Source: Nymphaea colorata (Eukaryota). From it: 64,000 bases of DNA. Where the stretch lies: the NCBI RefSeq assembly GCF_008831285.2, contig NC_045138.2, positions 5,828,001 to 5,892,000 of the forward strand. Reading direction: 5' to 3'. Both the position numbers and the translations under genes were made by a program. Positions 36,179 to 49,115 of the stretch are shown one piece after another. The notes beneath the pieces are model-generated. The model searched no databases, had not been told where the DNA came from, and saw nothing but the letters and a program-made list of their open reading frames with translations. The stretch's first letter is position 1. Each line of letters starts with the position of its first letter.

Positions 36179-37283
36179 CATGGTTTTAATGGCCTATTAT
36201 CCAGCGTTTTTTTTTCTTGGGTATTCAGGCAAACTTCCATGAAACTATATCAATAGTATCAATGAACCCAAATATTGCAATTGCACAGACTACCAGCTTA
36301 TAGGGTCTATTCTTAGTTCAAGATCCCTCTTACTAAGTAATTGAAAAAAAAGGATATGTAGATATGTTTTACCGAAGATGGGAATGGTATGGGGTCATGA
36401 ACTAATAATCATGAATCTGACTCCACCATCAGATTATTAGTTCATCCCATACCAGATCGGGCCGAAATAAGGTTATGTACATTGTAAATAAGGTATGTAC
36501 ATTGTCTAAATAGATAAAGATATGGATCCCTGCATCGTAACATTCCATTTAAGATTAAAAATATGCTTAATCGGACCTACACTCATTTATATATTTCAAA
36601 AAAACATGAACTGAATGATTCTTTCAAAAAGACATAAACTGCCCATTATGTAATATACTTGTGGGGTGTCAGAAAAGGTCCCCACTTAGCTCATAGATCA
36701 GAGTTTCAAGGATCTTTTTAAAATTTTACATGTAGATGTCCGCATTCGAGCATATCTATATGTAATTGGAGTAGACGTAAAATATTTATAAGTATCTTCG
36801 AAAATTTCCTTAGAAAGTGAGAATATGTAATTAATAGACTTGAAAATGTGTAATTAATAATATTTGGTCCAGCGATCGTAAAGAAAATGACATTCTTGAC
36901 GCTGTGTCTTAAATATATTTACTAAGGTTAATGGCAAGACAATGGAAAACGGAGAAGTAAAGTGAGAGGAGGGAATTAATGTAGTGCAATTTTTTTTTTT
37001 TTATTTTAGGTAAGGGGTACTAAGTCTACACTTATTTCTTTAATTCGAGTGTAGTGTCTGTCATCATTGTATTGCAGAAGCACCCACGAAAATTAAACTA
37101 ATGACCACGCTTTCACGTCTCAAAAAGTAGAAAAAGATCATGACAATAATGACTTCTCAAGATGAATGAAAACATGAAATAAATGGCCAGAGAAATTGGG
37201 TCTACTTATTCAAAAAGAGGAAATAATTGTGGGCAGCCTGCTCTTTATATCGTTAGTTCTTGACTTCTCGCTATGCCTTTCTT

Positions 37284-40200
37284 TGATGGAGATTTCCTCA
37301 TACATATACAAACAAACAAATATGCCCTAAAGCAGAATCTTGTTCATGCTAAATCACTGAATCAAAACTTTAACTGTAGCTGAAGCGTACGTAAATCCAT
37401 ATGAACAAACGGACGGTCAGATCGTGGTAGGATCTTCTAGGGTCTGTGCGGAGCACGTGCTGTTTCTCTCAAATGGGGAAGAGACAACCCTAGAAAGCGA
37501 CGTTTCAAGTCTCACTTTCTGCTCCATGCATGACCATAGGGACCACTACCTTTTATATTATGAGCAATTTCGGATTCAACTCATCAAAGAATCCTTAATT
37601 GCGTACAAGTATCTATACATTATAAAAATACCTCATACCATATAAAATGACGTGATATCCCAAAACGCAATCACTTAATTAGATATTTACATTAAAATGG
37701 CCATAGTGTCTGAAATTCCTCATTGACATATGTCAGCCCACCAAACGATCCTTACAATTTCCCACTTGGGCCAAATATGTCTTTATACATTCAAACATTA
37801 CATAAATTAGGAACTCATAACTACTATCTTATTAAACATCATTTTCACCAGTCTCGTCCATGATCCTATCAACACGGAACCAATGTGACTTTCACTGTAT
37901 TAATATTAGCTAAACCTTCAACGATCATAAATATTGATACAATCAATGATATAGATCTGGTATGGATGTATAGCATAAGAATTACATGTAATGTGATTAC
38001 AACATGTCTATTCTCAACAGGTCCTAATTTAAAACCTTATGGAGATCAAAAAACACAAACACAAAATGAAACCAAAGAACTTTACACTATATTCTGCAGA
38101 AAATTAATATGTGTATACATGAGAGCAAACAAAATACAAGCTCCCACTAAACAAGCACATCATCGAATGATAAAACCCCCATACGAACAACATGTTTGTG
38201 AAAGACCTTGCGTGTTAAACTTTTAGTAAGTGGATCCGCAATCATAGAGTTTGTTTCAATATCCTCTAAAGACATCTGACCATTCTGTATCATTTCTTTG
38301 ACAGCCAAAAACTTAATGTCGATGTCCTTCGACTTTGACAAACTGCGGCTGTTATTAGAGTACATGACTGCTAAATTATTGTCACACAATAATCTTAGTG
38401 GTTTTTCTACACCAATCATAATGCGCAACCCTGTGACAAAATTCTGCAACCACAAAGCATGATTGGATGTCTCGTAACATGTTATGAATTCTGGCTATGG
38501 TTGAAATAGCTACTATTGTTTGTTTGACACTTTTCCAGGATATAGCTCATTCAGCCAACAAAAATACATAGCCTGAAGTATATTTTGTACTCTCTTGGCA
38601 CCCAGCAAAGTCGGAATCTGAATACCCAATGATCTGCAACTAGCCTGACTTTTTGTACGTAAGTATAAAAATCTTTTGTTCTTTGTAAGTACTTCAATAT
38701 TCTTTTGGCTGATTTCCAATGATCCATACCAGGATTAATTAAGTATCTGCCCAACATTCTAACGATAAATGCAATATCCAAACAAGTACAAACCTGAACA
38801 TACATAAGGCTTTCCACAACAGATAAATAGAGAATCTTTTCCATTTCTTTAGATTCGAGTCCACTTTTAGGGCACTGTTTAGGACTAAACTTGTCTACTC
38901 TAGTAACTGGAGTATCTCTTGGTTTGCAATCTTTTATGTCATATCGCTAATGCACCTTATCAGTGTAGGCCTTTTGTGATAATTCAAGAATATCCAGAGA
39001 AAGATCTCGAAATATCTGGATCCCCAATACAAAAGATGCATCACCAAGATCTTTCATGTCAAATTTTGTTGACAAAGATTTCTTAGTTTCATGCAATATA
39101 CCTACATCATTACTTACCAGCAATATATCATCGACATATAAAAACGGAAAGATAAATTTACCTCTATTGAACTTTTGGTATACATATTTATCAACCATAT
39201 TAGTCTCGAAACCAAATGAAACTATAACTTGATGAAATTTGTAATATCACTGATTGAAAGCTTGCTTTAGCCCATAAATGAATTTCTTGAGTTTGCAGAC
39301 TATTTTCTTTGCATCCCCTGAAACAAAGTTTTCTGGTTGCACCATATATATCGTTTCATCAATGTCTCTATTTAGAAATACTGTCTCTGCATCCATCTGA
39401 TACAACTCCAAGTCAAAATGAGCTACAAGTGTCATTATGGTCTTAAAAGAGTCTTTCGACGAAACAGGAGAGCAAGTCTTTGTATAATCAATGTTTTTCT
39501 TCTTAGTAAAGCCCTTTGCGACAAAACGTAAATTATACCTTTCGATGTTTCCTAATGAATCACTCTTGGTTTTAAATATCCATTTACAACCAATAGGGCT
39601 CGCACCTTCAAACAAGAGAACAACGTCTCATACGTCATTATCTGTCATAGACTTTATTTTCTCATTCATAGATCTATCCACTTATGAAATTTAGAACTCT
39701 TTGTCGCTTGCTAGAGGTTAATAGGATCATCCTCCACTAAGCTCACATCAACATCATATTCTTGGAGATAGACAAAATCATTTGAAATTATGTTTTTTCT
39801 CTATGAGTGGATCTCCTCAGTGGCACCTCTACACGACCCGGGTCCGAAGTTCTTACCGAAAGCAGTCTGAGGCGGCAGTTTTTTTTATTCTTATGGATCC
39901 GAGTCGGGTCTTTCACGACCCAACCAGGTCCAACCCTACTTATGGATCCGGGTCGGGTTTGACATGACCCGACCAGGGTTCGACCGCTACCGCGTGAGCG
40001 GTTTCATTGATTGCTTTTATTTATGATTCATATGATCCGTTCAGGCAGCGACTCCACCACTCGCCGTGACCCGACCTGGGTCCGACCGATATCGCGTGAG
40101 CGGTTTCAGGCAGCGATGCCACCGCTCGCCTGCCGAACGACAGGCGAACGGTGGATCTCCATTGGAAGGCCACCCAAGAACGTGGGTGGCTGCCGGCTTG

Positions 40201-41043
40201 CCGCGCCAGGACAGCCGGAGGCCAGCCGTCCCCTTCCCTGTTCCTCTTCCCCTTTTCCCCTTTTGCGGCTGCAATGGAAGCCCAATGGCTTCCATTGCCC
40301 ACGCCCCCGATTTCCACCATGGTTGTGTGGAAATGCTCGTGCCACTTCAAAGAACAACCCTGCTTCTTCCGGTGAGCAGATGAAACCCCTCTGCACGTCC
40401 CTATCCTCTACCAGCAGCCAATAATCGTTCCTTTTTTTTTTTGAAAGAAAGGGAACAGGCCGTTGGACATCCCTTTCTCTTTCGTGATGAAGGAGAGGAA
40501 GGGCGGTCATCAGGCGGTCAGTAGGGAGGTTGTGCAGCCTTGGTGATTTCTGAATCGCAACCGAAGAAAAGGGGAAGATTTGAAAAGGGAATAACAATCC
40601 AATGATTCAACAATAAACATAGTCTCTAATACCAATTGATGAAGATTTCCTCATGCATATACAAACACAAGACTATAGCGGACGCGTACGTGAATCCATC
40701 TGAACAAACGGACGATGAGATCGCAGTAGGATCTTCCAAGGTCGACGCGGAGCACGTGCAGTTTCTCTCAGATGGGGAAGAGAAAGCAACGTTTCAAGTC
40801 TCACTTTTGCTTTATGCACGACCTTAGGGACCACTACCTTTTATATTATGAGTAATTTTGGATTCAACTCATCAAAAAATCCATAATTGCATATATGTAT
40901 CTATACATTATAAAAATACCTCATACCATATAAAATGACGTGATATCCCAAAACACAATCACTTAATCGGATATTTACATTAAGATAGCCATAATGTCTG
41001 AAATTCCTCATTGACATATGCCAGCACCCAAACGATCTTTACA
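37284..41043 (-). mobile_element. Ty1/Copia LTR retrotransposon 3, internally deleted (no gag/PR/INT). LTRs 37284-37756 and 40637-41043; TSD TTCTT
   Basis: TG..CA LTRs with visible homology and indels; TTCTT at 37279-37283 and 41044-41048; degenerate PBS TGGTATTAGAGAC; PPT AGTGGGAAAT; decayed RT (GCKWIFKTK, YGLKQA, LYVDDILL) and RH (LCDNNLA, ADPLTK) at 38147-39700. Confidence 0.93.
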
Positions 41044-41159
41044 TTCTTTCCCTTCATTTAAAAATTGTTTCTCTTCCTCTGCTCTTCAGTCTAGTGAGAA
41101 ACAGGGGTGGAGATGATAGGAGGGATAGGTGCTCTTGCAGGAACAACTATTTCCAATCT

Positions 41160-42045
41160 AGTGAGAAAAGTGTAAGATTAATAAAAGAGATAGAAAAAGA
41201 AACTTTAAGAGGGAAATCAAAGAGAGAAAGAAGAAAGAAGAGACATTGTACACATCCAAAACAAAGAAGGGATAGATATTAATAAAAAAGAGAAATAAAT
41301 AGATTTTAAGAGAGAAATCAAAGAGAGAAAAGGAAATCAAGGAGAGAGAGGAGTTAAGAAAAGAGAGATATTTAAAGAGAAAAATCAAAAAGAGAGAGAA
41401 AGTGGGAAAGTGATAGAGAAATCAAAGGTAGAAATAACAAAAGATTAATAAAAAAGAGAGAAAAAGAGATTTTAAGAGATAAATAAGAGAGAGAGAGAGA
41501 GAGAGATTAATAACAGATAGGAAGAATGAGAGATTTGAAGTGAGAAATCAAAGAAAGAGAGATGAAGAGAGAGAAACTTAAGAAAGAGAGAAAAGAGGTT
41601 TTAAGAAAGACATCAAAGAGAAAATGATCAACAAAAGAGAGAGACAATGAATTTTATAGAGTAGTCGAAAAGTGAGAGAAAAAGAAAAAAATTGAAGAGA
41701 GAACTGCATAAGATTAATAGAAAAAATTTGAAGAGAGAAAAGAGTAAGATTAATAAAAGAGAGAGAAAAAGGGATTTTAAGAGAGGAGAGTGAGTGACAT
41801 TAATAAAATAGAAAAAAGATATTGTAAGATATCAATATAAGAGAGTGAGATAAATAGAAGAGAGAAAAAGAGGTTTTAATTTAGAAATCGAAGAAAGGGA
41901 GAGAGAAAAGGGACAGATGTATCAATAAAGGAGAAAAAAAAAGTTCTAAGAGAGTAATTGAAGAGAGAGAAAGAGATTTAAAAAAAGAGAAAAATCAAAG
42001 AGAGGGAAAAAGAGGTTAATAAGAGAGCGAGAGGAGAGACGAACT
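41160..42045 (+). repeat. Purine-rich degenerate minisatellite directly upstream of NLR 1
   Basis: Recurrent GATTTTAAGAGAGAAATCAAAGAGAGA and GATTAATAAAAGAGAG. Confidence 0.85.
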
Positions 42046-42066
42046 CGAGCTGAGAAACCAGAGAAG

Positions 42067-44220
42067 ATGAAAACAGTAATTGTTGTACTTGCAGAAGCAG
42101 CTATTTCTAGTCTATTGGGGGCTGTAACTAGTTTGATGAAAAACAAGGTGGACCTCATCCTAAATGCTGAAGACAAACTCGAGCAGCTTCAGGGGAAGCT
42201 GGAATGCTTGCAGAAGGCCCTCAAAGATGCAGATCGGAAGCCCTTTTACAGCAACGAGCGCAACAGAGGTCTGGAGGGAGACGTGAAGGACGTTGTTTAT
42301 GATGCACAGGATATTGTTGAGGAATATCGAAGTAAAATTGAGGTCAGCAAGAAGGATAAGGGTTCTACTTCAACAAACAAGGTATGCAAGCGGCCTTGAA
42401 CCGCTCTGTTCTGTTCCATTCCATTAATGAACATGTTTCTTTTCCCTATGAACTTGGTAACGAAATAAAAAAAATCAATGAATGGCTTGATGAAATAAAA
42501 AAGAATTGGGACATGGATCTGCTCAAACCAAAACCAAAAGAAAATAGCCAGGGCCCTATTGGTGGTGAAAATGACAACCCTCCAGAGACAACCCATCACA
42601 TAGGTGCACAACCACCCATAGGAAGAGAGAATGATAAAAGGGTGATAGTAGAAAAACTGTAGTCAAATGGCTCAGGATAGAGTAGAATGACAGAGAAGCA
42701 TGATGTTTCTATTATTTCTATTGTAGGAGAAGGCGGGATCGGCAAGACTACTCTTGCAAAAATGGTCTTTAGTGAAGTCAAACAACAGTTCGGAGAATGC
42801 AGGTGGTGGGTTTGCATTTCTGAGAGGCCAAACCGTAAGGATCTATTGAGGAAAATACTCAAGGAAGTGTGCAAGGGATCTACAGCAGGTCTTGATTGTA
42901 TCACTTCTTTGAGTGACTTGTGCACACAAATACAGAGTGAGCTATGGAAGAATAGATTTTTTCTGGTCTTAGATGATGTATGGGAAATAGATTGGTGGCA
43001 GGGAGAGGCAGAGAGCACTCTTATGAGAGGTGCAATGGGGAGCAAAATTTTGATCACTAGTCGCAATATAGATGTCTCCAAAGGTGTCAAAGCTTTATAT
43101 AGGCATAGATTGGCAATATTGCCAGAAGATGAGAGTTGGAATTTATTTTTTAACAAGGCATTGAGGACTGAAAATGATTTGGTGAGCCACAATTTGCAAG
43201 ATATTGCAAAAAAGATAGTCAAGAAGTGCGGTCGGTTGCCACTTGTGGTCCAAACTATTGGGTCCTTAGTGAAACAAAAAGCATGGAAAAAGCAGAGTGG
43301 AAGGTGGTTGCGGATAGTGTGATCTGGGAATGGAAGATGCCTGCCTTATCCTCTTCCTCTCAATATGGTCCCATTCTTCCTGGTCTTGTACTGAGCTACC
43401 ATGACTTGCCACCTTATTTGACCAGTTGTTTCGTCTATTGCAGCATTTTTCCAAAGGATCATGAGATTGAAAACGAGGGATTGATCATGCAATGGGTGGC
43501 ACATGGATTGATTGAAGAAAAGGAAGCCGTAGGTGTGGAAGTGGCAGCAAATCAGTACATTGAAGATTTGATAAGGCGTTGCTTGATTGAAACACATGAT
43601 AGATTTTTTGAGGGCACTTTTCTCAAATTGCATGATGTTTTGCATGATCTTGCCTCATATATAGGTGGAAAGGAATATAGGCATGCCTCTTTTTCTGAGC
43701 AAACACGCCATCTGTCATTACTTGCTATAGACGATGCAGAAGCGGCCATGCAATGCCTCAGAAGCAGCAAATAAGGTGCGGACATTATTGAGTGCATCCT
43801 TGTCTTCGGTGGAATTCACTAATTTCAAGTGGTTGAGGGTGTTGTCATTGATGCAATGTCTAATGGATGAGCTACCGAACTCCATTGAATGCTTTTCACT
43901 TCTAAAATATCTCGATCTAAGCTGGTCTCATGTGAGACGATTGCCCAGGTCAATTGGCAAACTCTATAACTTGCAAACATTGGATTTAAGTTATAGTAAA
44001 ATTGAAGAGTTGCAAGAGGAAATGGGTGAACTGTGCAACTTGAGGTATCTTGGGCTGGAAGGAACAAAGTGTTTGAAATCTATAGCCAAAGGCTTGGGTA
44101 AGCTTACCAATTTACAGACATTGCACAGGTTTTTGGTATGCGATGATAGAGGGGACATAAGAGGATGCAATATTAGGGAACTAAAAGACTTGAACAAACT
44201 GAAAGGAAAATTGTTAATAA
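42067..44220 (+). pseudogene. CC-NB-ARC-LRR resistance gene pseudogene (NLR 1), 3'-truncated
   Basis: CC with EDVID-like DVVYDAQDIVEEY; P-loop GEGGIGKTT; kinase-2 FFLVLDDVW; GSKILITSR; GRLPL; CFVYCSIFP; LHD; LRRs. Frameshifts near 42390, 43270 and 43755, stops near 42660 and 42679; homology with NLR 2 ends near 44220. Confidence 0.93.
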
Positions 44221-44835
44221 GGATAGCGTCAGCTACCAAAGCACAATGTTTTTTTTTTTATTTCTACTTGCTAATTTTTTAGTTTCTAATTGTTTAATTT
44301 CTACTTGCACAGGTTGGCAAATGGCAAGATCCACGTTTGCAGATAAATAAATCTGGAAAATTCACCAACCCCGACAATTAAGAAAGAAACATTAGATGCG
44401 AAGTGCGCTCGTGCAGGGTTAAGACAATAGAATGTGAATGATATTAAAATGAAGACGAAAAAATTCCTAAATCAAGTCCTAACTAGCGAACACGGTGCCA
44501 AACATATTTTGTCCGTGGTCTTACGTGATCATCACTCTTGTAACCGTTAATATTCTATTTGAAGCTTTCGTTTTAAATTAATTTCCATTACGTAGGGACA
44601 AAAAAAAACAAAGTTCATGCAATGAACCACATTGTTATGTGTGCTATACCCGTGAGTAGTTCAGCGTGCCTTTTTTTAACCAACCTAGTCATACGTGTCA
44701 TGCTGGTTATGACAAAAATACCCTTAGTTCACACAAAAAAAAAAATCACACAAAAAAAAAAAACTTAAGTGAAGACAAAAATGAAAATCGAAAAAAAGTA
44801 AAAAGACTGGGATATTTAAAAAAAAAGACCAAAAT

Positions 44836-44887
44836 CATCAATAATGTAAAATCACTACAACAAAGAACATTCTGGTGATGCTTACAA
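44836..44887. repeat. 52-bp direct repeat, copy 1 (copy 2 at 45773-45824)
   Basis: CATCAATAA(T/C)GTAAAATCACTACAAC(A/G)AAGAACATTC(T/A)GG(T/C)GATGCTTACAA, 48/52 identical. Confidence 0.9.
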
Positions 44888-44938
44888 TGGGCTCGTAGAA
44901 TAATAATTTAGTAATTGAGAATGGTAACCAGAACATAC

Positions 44939-45511
44939 CTGTCGCTTGCCTATCCCTGGACATCGAGCTAGGTCTTCCATCGAGGCATCCATGATACCAG
45001 AGAGAGATTGCAAGAACCACAAGCTTGGTGAAGAATCACAGCATGACCAACTAACTGGGGGAACAGCAAGATGTTCACCATCATTTTCCAAAATAAGTAG
45101 CTTATAGTTTTGCTGATGATAATGAGGATAAAGGAAGGCAGGCTCTTGATATTTGCATAGTTAATTGCAGACTCTCTCCCTGACATTCATAAGGAAGGTC
45201 ATACAGAATGAAATTTTCACAACAAGCTGCTACTTGTGGAAAAACAAGGTGGTTTTTGGCATAAAAAAAATTGCATGGATTTATGAAATAACTACTATAC
45301 CTAGTTTAGACCATATGCTTTCAACTCTATAACTAGCTTCCATAAATCACTTTACCTGCACATTAGCGCCCTTACGCTGGCTAGCAAGATATGCAACATT
45401 GAGATAAAAGAGCATAACCAAATGCAGAACCTGCTTCTTGTCAATAGCACTTACCCCAAAAGCGGAGCCAAGGGTGACAACATCACTCTTATTGATATGA
45501 CGAATGCTCAT
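44939..45511 (-). pseudogene. ERCC1: ERCC1 gene fragment: two C-terminal HhH-domain exons (45511-45455, 45007-44939) with their intron
   Basis: SIRHINKSDVVTLGSAFG | SLSGIMDASMEDLARCPGIGKRQ, matching my recollection of plant ERCC1 (SIRHVNKSDVVTLGSTFGSL..I.DASMEDLARCPGIGERK); donors GTAAGT and GTATGT; second acceptor reads CAA rather than CAG. Confidence 0.88.
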
Positions 45512-46974
45512 CTAACAAAAGAAGATGGAATTTATAGATCATTGCATCCTGACCTCAGCGCACCAGCTATTTAGCAAAGTCCTTGTTGTTAAGGACATAA
45601 CAAAGTAAAAGGGAGATGCAAACAATACCACTTAGAAACTTGAAATCATGTGATTTTGGAAATATAAAACATCGGACCATACTTAGAGGAAAACAGAAAG
45701 CCATAATGTAGAAACATAAAAATGAATAACAAACACTGCTCCAAGCATATGGACTTTTCTGTTGCAACACTACATCAATAACGTAAAATCACTACAACGA
45801 AGAACATTCAGGCGATGCTTACAACCACACAAAATCAACAATCCATGAAATTCAAAGGTGGAATTCGCAAAAGAGGATTGGCAATCCATTTTTACACTTT
45901 ACCCATGCCTTCATTAGTAAGGTACACTGGTGGGATACACTTTTGCAAAAATGAGCTCTGTTGAGGGTTCCTTGAAAGCTACCACAAGAGTTTGAATAGA
46001 GACCAGATAACAAGCCAGTACAACCAAATCAGAAGCCTCAATGCACAAATACATTAAATAATAGATTCACATGACCACAAACAAATGTAAATAGCAGGAA
46101 AAGCTCTTTTAAGATGTTTTTTTGACGTTTCAGCACAAACCAACACCCATTCGATACAAGGCCAAAACATTTATCCTTCCTCAAGTCAACTTTATGTCAG
46201 TTACTTGAATCAATCATCCGACGATTATGAGTAATAAATCCAAGAAAACACTCTTGTGAATCTCCTTTTGAGTCTTTAACAATAGAACCTAAGAAAAACA
46301 TTAAAATGTTAGCATAAAAAAGAAGTCATTATTGACTATGTTCGAAAGAGATTCAACTGATATTGTTGTCATCAAGGTAAAATCAAACATCTAAGAACAA
46401 AACAACTACTAAACTTAAAACAGTACCTGATATTTTGTTATTTGTTACTGCATAATATGTTTGAATTGATGTTCAATCATGTCATATTATCTCATCTTCA
46501 GTAGTGTCCTACAAGAAAACTCACAATAATTGATCAATAAACAACTACTATAACATATAAGCACAAATAAACATGATAAACTTTTATATACATACATTTT
46601 AGTACTTACCTTTAGCAAATACAGCTACAAGATTCATTGGGTCACCATATTATCTTATCTGATTACCTGCACAAGCTAATTCTTCCACTGTCTTGAACTC
46701 AATGAACTCTTACATTCATCCACAATTCAACCTCTATTACTAAAAGTGGCTTCATATGCAATTGTAGTAATATGAATATGCAACATATCTCGTGTCATAT
46801 GTGATAAAATAGGGTATTTCAATTCTTTATCTTTTCTCCAAATCAATATATCAAATGAATAATGAGTGCTAGTATCTCATTTGAGTAACCCATCTTCTAA
46901 ATACATATCAAGCTCCCATCTAGAGCATCATATCTTCTCATACAATTTGATGGTCAACTCTATTTGGGACTCAC

Positions 46975-48040
46975 TTGGATTTATATCCGGACTTTCCACC
47001 CAAGTCCAAGTCCGATATAAACTTATTACATAATTCATATCTAAATTCAGATATAGATCCAGTCCAAGAACTCATATAGAGACCCATAACGAAAGCCCTA
47101 GATCAATATCTAGATCCAAATCCTGGCCATAGATCCAGACAAATCCCTAGATAAGGTTTCATATTCAAATTCTAGCTTTAGTATCCAAGAAAAGCCTTAG
47201 ATCCAAAATAGAGCCCAGATCCAAATCAAACTCAGATCCCAAATAGAATTTCAGATCTGAATCAAGATCCAAATCCAACTTCAAACCCACTCCAGTTATG
47301 AGCCTTGGCTGCAATTTAGAGCCGATCTGGATCTAAGATCCAAAATCTATATCCATATTCTTGTCCAGATTCAAATCCTCGGTCTGGGTCCAAATGTAGA
47401 TCCAACTTTATATTTTTTACTCAATCCGGTTGCAAATATGAGATTGACATCCAAATCTGAAATTCCAGATCCGAATGTGAAAATTCAAATCCAAAACTGA
47501 GATTCTAGGTAAATTCAGAGATTTTGATCCAGATCTAGTCCAGATCTGAACTTTAGAAGCATCTATAGACCCATATCCATTGCTTTTATCCATTTCCAAC
47601 TCAAAAATTCCAATGTTGACTTGGCTTACTATTTGGATGTAGTTCATATCCAAATCCAAGTCACAGACCCTTTTCAGGCCCAAGGATCAAGACATCGTGG
47701 TCATTCCCAGACAATTAGTTTTCAGTTCAAAATCCTCAAAAATACCTTTAAATGTTCTCAAGATATCATTGAATTTCCCAAATGCACTTGATTTTGTCAA
47801 AATATATTTTATTTTTCCAAAAAACCTCATTTTTGTGATAAAAATCTGAAAATGCCTTCTTTTTCTCTCCGAACGAGGCCAAGAGCTAACATTGCAGGAC
47901 CAGCCAGGCCGAACACTGGCGAGCAAGGTTCTGTAGGGCCTGACCAGGCCTAGTCTGGCCGCCGGCAAGGCCAGCTCCACCCAGCCAAACAGGCTCAGCC
48001 AGGCAATGGCCCCAACTGACTAGTCTAGGCCAACTTCACG
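46975..48040. repeat. GATCCA/ATCCAAAT-rich degenerate repeat, probably a fragment of a large Gypsy LTR
   Basis: Dense AGATCCAAAT-like motifs then a GC-rich patch, resembling the starts of the LTRs at 30427 and 59161; termini not found. Confidence 0.4.
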
Positions 48041-49115
48041 CCATGATTAAAATCCTACCCTTTGCAAGTGCTTTGTACATCACAAGCAATATGGTGATTT
48101 ATGCCTACTTGATTGGTTAGGTAGGTTTTTGGGCCTGATGTACATTTCTTTGTTCTTTAAGATAATTGACTTGGCCCATCTATTCCAGTTCATTGGCCGA
48201 TGGGTGACTGGGAGATTATAATTTTTGCCTCTTCTCTTTTTGTTCGAACTCCAAGTATTTCGTGGCCCCTCCGAACGAGCGGAGGATTCATCCCAATCAT
48301 CTGGAGCTTACGTTGATGTTGGTGGTGTCAATTTACGTTGATATTGGTGGTGTCAAGTTAGTGAAAGAGGGAGAATGAATTAAACATATGATGTTGGTGG
48401 TTCCAATATCGATTTTTCATATTTTAGATTGTACCAAATATTTATAAAGATTATTATGAAACAAAGATTGTAGCAATTTTTATGTTTGAAATTCAAAGTT
48501 GTAGTTGATATATATTTTGCACCCTCAATGGCCATGGTCATTCCTATGCATAATGCAAATTGCTTCATATAACAGCCATGGTGTTAATTGTCGCTGTTAA
48601 AAATGTTTGATACGCTTAAAAGCCAATAGCAACCAAGGCTATAACCATGGCTAATGGCCTATTTTGTTGTTGTGCCTTTGAAGAAAGAGGGTTCTCTCTC
48701 TAAGCTTCCGTGGATTCTCTTCACTCATTTATAGATTCATCCCTATCACCTGAAGCGAGGCCCAAAGACTCATCCCTATCACGTATCACCTGGAGCGAGG
48801 CCCATTCATATCTTTTGTAGAGTCTCTACAGTCATCTTTGTAAATGTAAATGTATACATAATTGAGAAGACTTATAAGCTATACATGACTTGCGCAAATC
48901 AAATTACTATAATACGAAGTTCTACAATCAATATTGTCTACTTTTTGTGTTCTCGAAGCAATTGATAATCGCTTCATCGCCAACCAAAAATATGACTCAT
49001 TCATTTATCTCTCCCTTCTACATACAAGCAAGTTTCAACAACATTCATTCTTGAAAATGGCCTTTAAGCATTTGATGTTGAACTAGCAAAGTCAACTGCA
49101 CATCTATTTGTACAT

